From: Eledone cirrhosa
Taxonomy: Eukaryota
NCBI GenBank assembly: GCA_964016885.1
Contig: OZ024743.1
Coordinates: 206,770,001-206,834,000, forward strand
Direction of reading: 5' to 3'
DNA: 64,000 bases
Of this stretch, positions 55,701 to 64,000 are shown in pieces. The position numbers were made by a program, and so were the translations under genes. The notes beneath the pieces are model-generated. The model was not told the origin of the DNA. It worked only from the letters and a program-made list of their open reading frames with translations, and searched no databases. The number at the start of each line of letters is the position of its first letter. The first letter of the stretch is position 1.

Positions 55701-58700
55701 TGATACAGTGGTCTTATGACTACTATGGTGTTGATACAGTGGTCTTACAGTAGTTGTGACTATGGTGTTGATACAGTGGTTTTATGACTATGGTGTTGAT
55801 ACAGTGGTCTTACAGTAGTTGTGCCTATGGTGTTGATACAGTGGTCTTATGAATATGTTGTTGATACAGTGGTCATACGGTAGTTATGACTATGGTGTTG
55901 ATACAGTGGTCTTACAGTAGTTGTGACTATGGTTTTGATACTGTGGTCTTAGAGTAGTTATGACTATGCTGTTGATACAGTGGGCTTACAGAAGTTGTGA
56001 CTGTGGTGGTGATACAGTGGTCTTAGAGTAGTTGTGACTGTGTTGTTGATACAGTGGTCTTACAGTAGTTGTGACTATGGCTTTTATACAGTGGTCTTAC
56101 AGTAGTTATGACTATGGTGTTGATACAGTGGTCTTACGATAGTTATGACTACGGTGTTTATACAGTGGTCTTACAGTAGTTGTGACTATGGTGTTCATAC
56201 AGTGGTATTACAGACGTTGTGACAATGGTGTTGATACAGTGGTCTTACAGTAGTTGTGACTATGGTGTTGATACAGTGGGCTTACATTAGTTGTGACTAT
56301 TGTGTTGATACAGTGGTCTTACAGACGTTGTGACTGTGGTGTTGATACAGTGGTCTTTCAGTAGTTGTGACTACGGTGTTGAATCAGTGGTCTTACAGTA
56401 ATTGTGACTGTTGTGTTGATACAGTGGTCTTACAGTAGTTGTGGCTGTGGTGTTGATACAGTTATCTTACAGTAGTTGTGACTGTGATTTTGATACAGTG
56501 GTCTTACAGTAGTTGTGTCTATGTTGTTGATACAGTGGTCTTATGACTATGGTGTTGATACAGTGGTCTTACGGTAGTTATAACTGTGGTGTTGATACAG
56601 TGTTCTTACAGTAGTTGTGACTAAGGTGTAGATACAGTGGTCTTACAGTAGTTGTGACTATGGTGTTGATACAGTGGTCTTATGACTATGGAGTTGATAC
56701 AGTGGGCTTACAGTAGTTATGACTATGGTGTTGATACAGTGGTCTTACAGTAGTTGTCACTATGGTGTTGATACAGTGGTCTTATGACTATGGTGTTGAT
56801 ACAGTGGTCTTACGGTAGTTATGACCATGGTGTTGATACAGTGGTCTTACAGTAGTTGTGAATATAGTGTTGATACAGTGGTCTTACTGTAGTTGTGACT
56901 GTGGTGTTGATACAGTGGTCTTACAGTAGTTGTGACTATGGTTTTGATACGGTGGTCTTAGAGTAGTTATGACTATGCTGTTGATACAGTGGGCTTACAG
57001 TAGTTGTGACTGTGGTGTTGATACAGTGGTCTTAGAGTAGTTGTGACTGTGTTGTTGATACAGTGGTCTTACAGTCGTTGTGACTATGGCTTTTATACAG
57101 TGGTCTTACAGTAGTTGTGACTATGGTGTTGCTACAGTGGTATTAGATACGTTGTGACTATGGTGTTGATACAGTCGTCTTACAGTACTTGTGACTATGG
57201 TGTTGATACAGTGGTCTTACAGACGTTGTGACTGTGGTGTTGATACAGTGGTCTTACATTAGTTGTGACTACGGTGTTGAATCCGTTGTCTTACAGTAGT
57301 TGTGATTATGGTGTTGATACAGTGGTCTTACAGTTGTGGCTGTGGTGTTGATACAGTGGTCTTACAGTAGTTGTGGCTGTGGTGTTGATATAGTGATCTT
57401 ACAGTAGTTGTGACTGTGATGTTGATACAGTGGTCTTACAGTAGTTATAACTGTGGGGTTGATACAGTGTTCTTACAGTAGTTGTGACTATGGTGTAGAT
57501 ACAGTGGTCTTACAGTAGTTGTGACTATGGTGTTGATACAGTGGTCTTATGACTATGGTGTTGATACAGTGGTCTTACAGTAGTTGTGTCTATGTTGTTG
57601 ATACAGTGGTGTTATGACTATGGTGTTGATACAGTGGTCTTACAGTAGTTGTGACTATGGTGTTGATACAGTGGTTTTATGACTATGGTGTTGATACAGT
57701 GGTCTTACAGTAGTTGTGCCTATGGCGTTGATACAGTGGTCTTATGACTATGTTGTTGATACAGTGGTCTTACGGTAGTTATGACTATGGTGTTGATACA
57801 GTGGTCTTACAGTAGTTGTGACTATGGTTTTGATACTGTGGTCTTAGAGTAGTTATGACTATGGTGTTGATACAGTGGTCTTACAGTAGTTGTGTCTATG
57901 TTGTTGATACAGTGGTCTTATGACTATGGTGTTGATACAGTGGTCTTACAGTAGTTGTGAATATGGTGTTGATACAGTGGTCTTACAGTAGTTGTGCCTA
58001 TGGTGTTGATACAGTGGTCTTATGACTATGTTGTTGATACAGTGGTTTTACGGTAGTTATGACTATGGTGTTGATACAGTGGTCTTACAGTAGTTGTGAC
58101 TATGGTTTTGATACTGTGGTCTTAGAGTAGTTATGACTATGGTGTTGATACAGTGGTCTTACAGTAGTTGTGTCTATGTTGTTGATACAGTGGTCTTATG
58201 ACTATGGTGTTGATACAGTGGTCTTACAGTAGTTGTGAATATGGTGTTGATACAGTGGTCTTACTGTAGTTGTGACTGTGGTGTTGATACAGTGGTCTTA
58301 CAGTAGTTGTGACTGTGGTGCTGATACAGTGGTCTTACAGTAGTTGTGACTGTGGTGTTGATACAGTTGTCTTACAGTAGTTGTGACTATGGTGTTGATA
58401 CAGTGGTCTTACACTAGTTGTGACTGTGGTGTTGATACAGTGGTCTTACAGTAGTTGTGAGTGTGGTGTTGATACATTGGTCTTACAGTAGTTGTAACTG
58501 TGTTGTTGATACAGTGGTCTTACAGTAGTTGTGACTATAGTGTTGATACAGTGGTTTTACAGTAGATGTGACTGTGGTGTTGATACAGTGCTCTTACAGT
58601 AGTTGTGACTGTGGTGTTGATACAGTGGTCTTACAGTTGTTGTGACTATAATGTTGATACAGTGGTATTACATACGTTGTGACTATGGTGTTGATACAGT

Positions 58701-61700
58701 TGTCTTACAGTAGTTGTGACTATGGTGTTCATACAGCTGTCTTGCAGTAGTTGTGACTATGGTGTTGATACAGTGGTCTTATAGACGTTGTGACTGTGGT
58801 GTTGATACAGTGGTCTTACAGTAGTTGTGACTACGGTGTTGAATCAGTTGTCTTACAGTAGTTGTGATTATGGTGTTGATACAGTGGTCTTATTCTAGTT
58901 ATGACTATGGTGTTGATACAGTGGTCTTACAGTAGTTGTGACTATGGTGTTGATACAGTGGTCTTACATTACTTATGACTATGGTGTTGATACAGTGGTC
59001 TTACCGTAGTTATGACTATGGTGTTCATACAGTGGTCTTACAATAGTTGTGACTATGGTGTTGATACAGTGGTCTTATTGTAGTTGTGACTGTGGTGTTG
59101 ATACAGTGGTCTTACAATAGTTGTGACTATGGTGTTGATACAGTGGTCTTACAGTAGTTATGACTATGGTGTTGATACAGTGGTCTTACAGTAGTTGTGA
59201 CTATGGTGTTGGTACAGCGGTCTTATGACTATGGTGTTGATACAGTGGTCTTACGGTAGTTATGACTATCGTGTTGATACAGTGATCTTACAGTAGTTGT
59301 GACCGTGGTGCTGACACAGTGGTCTTACAGTAGTTGTGACTATGGTGTTGATACAGTGGTCTTACAATAGTTGTGACTATGGTGTTGATACAGTGGTCTT
59401 ATGACTATGGTGTTGATACAGTGGTCTTACAGTAGTTATGACTATGGTGTTGATACAGTGGTCTTACAGTAGTTGTGACTATGGTGTTGATACAGTGGTC
59501 TTACGGTAGTTATGACTATGGTGTTGATACAGTGGTCTTACAGTAGTTGTGACTATGGTTTTGATACGGTGGTCTTAGAGTAGTTATGACTATGCTGTTG
59601 ATACAGTGGGCTTACAGTAGTTGTGACTGTGGTGTTGATACAGTGGTCTTAGAGTAGTTGTGACTGTGTTGTTGATACAGTGGTCTTACAGTAGTTGTGA
59701 CTATGGCTTTTATACAGTGGTCTTACAGTAGTTGTGACTATGGTGTTGCTACAGTTGTATTAGATACGTTGTGACTATGGTGTTGATACAGTGGTCTTAC
59801 AGTACTTGTGACTATGGTGTTGATACAGTGGTCTTACAGACGTTGTGACTGTGGTGTTGATACAGTGGTCTTACATTAGTTGTGACTACGGTGTTGAATC
59901 CGTTGTCTTACAGTAGTTGTGATTATGGTGTTGATACAGTGGTCTTACAGTAGTTATAACTGTGGGGTTGATACAGTGTTCTTACAGTAGTTGTGACTAT
60001 GGTGTAGATACAGTGGTCTTTCAGTAGTTGTGACTATGGTGTTGATACAGTGGTCTTATGACTATGGTGTTGATACAGTGGTCTTACAGTAGTTGTGTCT
60101 ATGTTGTTGATACAGTGGTCTTATGACTATGGTGTTGATACAGTGGTCTTACGGTAGTTATGACTATGGTGTTGATACAGTGGTCTTACAGTAGTTGTGA
60201 CTATGGTGTTGATACAGTGGTTTTATGACTATGGTGTTGATACAGTGGTCTTACAGTAGTTGTGCCTATGGTGTTGATACAGTGGTCTTATGACTATGTT
60301 TTTGATACAGTGGTCTTACAGTAGTTGTGCCTATGGTGTTGATACAGTGGTCTTATGACTATGTTGTTGATACAGTGGTCTTACGGTAGTTATGACTATG
60401 GTGTTGATACAGTGGTCTTACAGTAGTTGTGACTATGGTTTTGATACTGTGGTCTTAGAGTAGTTATGACTATGGTGTTGATACAGTGGTCTTACAGTAG
60501 TTGTGTCTATGTTGTTGATACAGTGGTCTTATGACTATGGTGTTGATACAGTGGTCTTAGAGTAGTTGTGACTATGGTGTTGATACAGTGGTTTTATGAC
60601 TATGGTGTTGATACAGTGGTCTTACAGTAGTTGTGCCTATGGTGTTGATACAGTGGTCTTATGAATATGTTGTTGATACAGTGGTCTTACGGTAGTTATG
60701 ACTATGGTGTTGATACAGTGGTCTTACGGTAGTTATGACCATGGTGTTGATACAGTGGTCTTACAGTAGTTGTGAATATAGTGTTGATACAGTGGTCTTA
60801 CTGTAGTTGTGACTGTGGTGTTGATACAGTGGTCTTACAGTAGTTGTGACTATGGTTTTGATACGGTGGTCTTAGAGTAGTTATGACTATGCTGTTGATA
60901 CAGTGGGCTTACAGTAGTTGTGACTGTGGTGTTGATACAGTGGTCTTAGAGTAGTTGTGACTGTGTTGTTGATACAGTGGTCTTACAGTCGTTGTGACTA
61001 TGGCTTTTATACAGTGGTCTTACAGTAGTTGTGACTATGGTGTTGCTACAGTGGTATTAGATACGTTGTGACTATGGTGTTGATACAGTCGTCTTACAGT
61101 ACTTGTGACTATGGTGTTGATACAGTGGTCTTACAGACGTTGTGACTGTGGTGTTGATACAGTGGTCTTACATTAGTTGTGACTACGGTGTTGAATCCGT
61201 TGTCTTACAGTAGTTGTGATTATGGTGTTGATACAGTGGTCTTACAGTTGTGGCTGTGGTGTTGATACAGTGGTCTTACAGTAGTTGTGGCTGTGGTGTT
61301 GATATAGTGATCTTACAGTAGTTGTGACTGTGATGTTGATACAGTGGTCTTACAGTAGTTATAACTGTGGGGTTGATACAGTGTTCTTACAGTAGTTGTG
61401 ACTATGGTGTAGATACAGTGGTCTTACAGTAGTTGTGACTATGGTGTTGATACAGTGGTCTTATGACTATGGTGTTGATACAGTGGTCTTACAGTAGTTG
61501 TGTCTATGTTGTTGATACAGTGGTGTTATGACTATGGTGTTGATACAGTGGTCTTACAGTAGTTGTGACTATGGTGTTGATACAGTGGTTTTATGACTAT
61601 GGTGTTGATACAGTGGTCTTACAGTAGTTGTGCCTATGGCGTTGATACAGTGGTCTTATGACTATGTTGTTGATACAGTGGTCTTACGGTAGTTATGACT

Positions 61701-64000
61701 ATGGTGTTGATACAGTGGTCTTACAGTAGTTGTGACTATGGTTTTGATACTGTGGTCTTAGAGTAGTTATGACTATGGTGTTGATACAGTGGTCTTACAG
61801 TAGTTGTGTCTATGTTGTTGATACAGTGGTCTTATGACTATGGTGTTGATACAGTGGTCTTACAGTAGTTGTGAATATGGTGTTGATACAGTGGTCTTAC
61901 AGTAGTTGTGCCTATGGTGTTGATACAGTGGTCTTATGACTATGTTGTTGATACAGTGGTTTTACGGTAGTTATGACTATGGTGTTGATACAGTGGTCTT
62001 ACAGTAGTTGTGACTATGGTTTTGATACTGTGGTCTTAGAGTAGTTATGACTATGGTGTTGATACAGTGGTCTTACAGTAGTTGTGTCTATGTTGTTGAT
62101 ACAGTGGTCTTATGACTATGGTGTTGATACAGTGGTCTTACAGTAGTTGTGAATATGGTGTTGATACAGTGGTCTTACTGTAGTTGTGACTGTGGTGTTG
62201 ATACAGTGGTCTTACAGTAGTTGTGACTGTGGTGCTGATACAGTGGTCTTACAGTAGTTGTGACTGTGGTGTTGATACAGTTGTCTTACAGTAGTTGTGA
62301 CTATGGTGTTGATACAGTGGTCTTACACTAGTTGTGACTGTGGTGTTGATACAGTGGTCTTACAGTAGTTGTGAGTGTGGTGTTGATACATTGGTCTTAC
62401 AGTAGTTGTAACTGTGTTGTTGATACAGTGGTCTTACAGTAGTTGTGACTATAGTGTTGATACAGTGGTTTTACAGTAGATGTGACTGTGGTGTTGATAC
62501 AGTGCTCTTACAGTAGTTGTGACTGTGGTGTTGATACAGTGGTCTTACAGTTGTTGTGACTATAATGTTGATACAGTGGTATTACATACGTTGTGACTAT
62601 GGTGTTGATACAGTTGTCTTACAGTAGTTGTGACTATGGTGTTCATACAGCTGTCTTGCAGTAGTTGTGACTATGGTGTTGATACAGTGGTCTTATAGAC
62701 GTTGTGACTGTGGTGTTGATACAGTGGTCTTACAGTAGTTGTGACTACGGTGTTGAATCAGTTGTCTTACAGTAGTTGTGATTATGGTGTTGATACAGTG
62801 GTCTTATTCTAGTTATGACTATGGTGTTGATACAGTGGTCTTACAGTAGTTGTGACTATGGTGTTGATACAGTGGTCTTACATTACTTATGACTATGGTG
62901 TTGATACAGTGGTCTTACCGTAGTTATGACTATGGTGTTCATACAGTGGTCTTACAATAGTTGTGACTATGGTGTTGATACAGTGGTCTTATTGTAGTTG
63001 TGACTGTGGTGTTGATACAGTGGTCTTACAATAGTTGTGACTATGGTGTTGATACAGTGGTCTTACAGTAGTTATGACTATGGTGTTGATACAGTGGTCT
63101 TACAGTAGTTGTGACTATGGTGTTGGTACAGCGGTCTTATGACTATGGTGTTGATACAGTGGTCTTACGGTAGTTATGACTATCGTGTTGATACAGTGAT
63201 CTTACAGTAGTTGTGACCGTGGTGCTGACACAGTGGTCTTACAGTAGTTGTGACTATGGTGTTGATACAGTGGTCTTACAATAGTTGTGACTATGGTGTT
63301 GATACAGTGGTCTTATGACTATGGTGTTGATACAGTGGTCTTACAGTAGTTATGACTATGGTGTTGATACAGTGGTCTTACAGTAGTTGTGACTATGGTG
63401 TTGATACAGTGGTCTTACGGTAGTTATGACTATGGTGTTGATACAGTGGTCTTACAGTAGTTGTGACTATGGTTTTGATACGGTGGTCTTAGAGTAGTTA
63501 TGACTATGCTGTTGATACAGTGGGCTTACAGTAGTTGTGACTGTGGTGTTGATACAGTGGTCTTAGAGTAGTTGTGACTGTGTTGTTGATACAGTGGTCT
63601 TACAGTAGTTGTGACTATGGCTTTTATACAGTGGTCTTACAGTAGTTGTGACTATGGTGTTGCTACAGTTGTATTAGATACGTTGTGACTATGGTGTTGA
63701 TACAGTGGTCTTACAGTACTTGTGACTATGGTGTTGATACAGTGGTCTTACAGACGTTGTGACTGTGGTGTTGATACAGTGGTCTTACATTAGTTGTGAC
63801 TACGGTGTTGAATCCGTTGTCTTACAGTAGTTGTGATTATGGTGTTGATACAGTGGTCTTACAGTAGTTATAACTGTGGGGTTGATACAGTGTTCTTACA
63901 GTAGTTGTGACTATGGTGTAGATACAGTGGTCTTTCAGTAGTTGTGACTATGGTGTTGATACAGTGGTCTTATGACTATGGTGTTGATACAGTGGTCTTA
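46800..64000. repeat. Right HOR domain, successive periods about 5.1 kb, 4.8 kb and 3.9 kb
   Basis: CCGTGGTGCTGACAC at 46969/52059 (5090) and 49333/54460/59303/63217 (5127, 4843, 3914). GACTACTATG at 50591/55718 (5127). TATGGCGTTG at 57721/61635 (3914). Confidence 0.9.

Larger units (their letters stand above)
1..64000. repeat. Tandem satellite array, 37-bp consensus monomer GATACAGTGGTCTTACAGTAGTTGTGACT(A/G)TGGTGTT, running off both window ends
   Basis: The monomer recurs head-to-tail in every line, usually with 0-3 substitutions per copy (clean copies at e.g. 1681-1717 and 63372 region). No non-repeat sequence or inverted copies were seen. Common length variants are 28 bp (GATACAGTGGTCTTATGACTATGGTGTT) and 34 bp (…CTTACAGTTGTGGCTG…). 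Confidence 0.99.

Noticed and set aside
1-64000. CRISPR array (37 bp is a typical direct-repeat length)
   Set aside because: Repeats abut directly with no unique spacers, no leader and no cas genes.
1-64000. Giant repetitive protein gene (mucin- or adhesin-like, Thr/Val-rich)
   Set aside because: The monomer is not a multiple of 3, so each frame cycles through stops on both strands about every 111 bp or less. The ORF track shows nothing longer than 70 aa.
1-64000. Telomerase-synthesised telomeric repeat (G/T-rich strand; TGGTGT resembles the core of long budding-yeast telomere repeats)
   Set aside because: Inherited variant order and kb-scale HORs indicate recombinational amplification rather than templated addition. 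The array is far longer than such telomeres and the shared motif is only 6 bp. A subtelomeric location is not excluded.
1-64000. G-quadruplex potential
   Set aside because: The consensus has only two GG dinucleotides per monomer and no GGG tracts. GGG and GGGG occur only in scattered variants.
1-64000. Variant cassette library or information-storage system (antigenic-variation or DGR-like donor array)
   Set aside because: There is no expression locus, recombinase or reverse transcriptase in the window, and variants are spread over all monomer positions as expected from neutral mutation plus unequal crossover.

Overview
The whole 64 kb window is one uninterrupted head-to-tail satellite array in a single orientation. 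The consensus monomer is 37 bp (GATACAGTGGTCTTACAGTAGTTGTGACT[A/G]TGGTGTT; about 40% GC, 25/37 G+T on the + strand), interspersed with fixed-length 28-bp and 34-bp variants. The copy number is roughly 1,750-1,800, estimated from length rather than counted. I saw no genes, RNA genes, transposon insertions, CRISPR spacers, inversions or unique sequence, and the single 70-aa ORF is a chance read-through of repeat variants. The interest lies in the nested architecture, read from diagnostic variants: an 11-14-bp proto-repeat, the 37-bp monomer, paralogous multi-monomer cassettes, then kb-scale higher-order repeats (HORs). The HOR period differs by domain: about 5.2-5.6 kb on the left, 1.3-1.9 kb in the middle, one 6.8 kb spacing, and about 5.1, 4.8 and 3.9 kb on the right. 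It looks like eukaryotic heterochromatic satellite DNA, but organism and function cannot be determined from the sequence. I found no support for a novel protein-coding system. Offsets were measured by hand from marker positions and domain boundaries are approximate.
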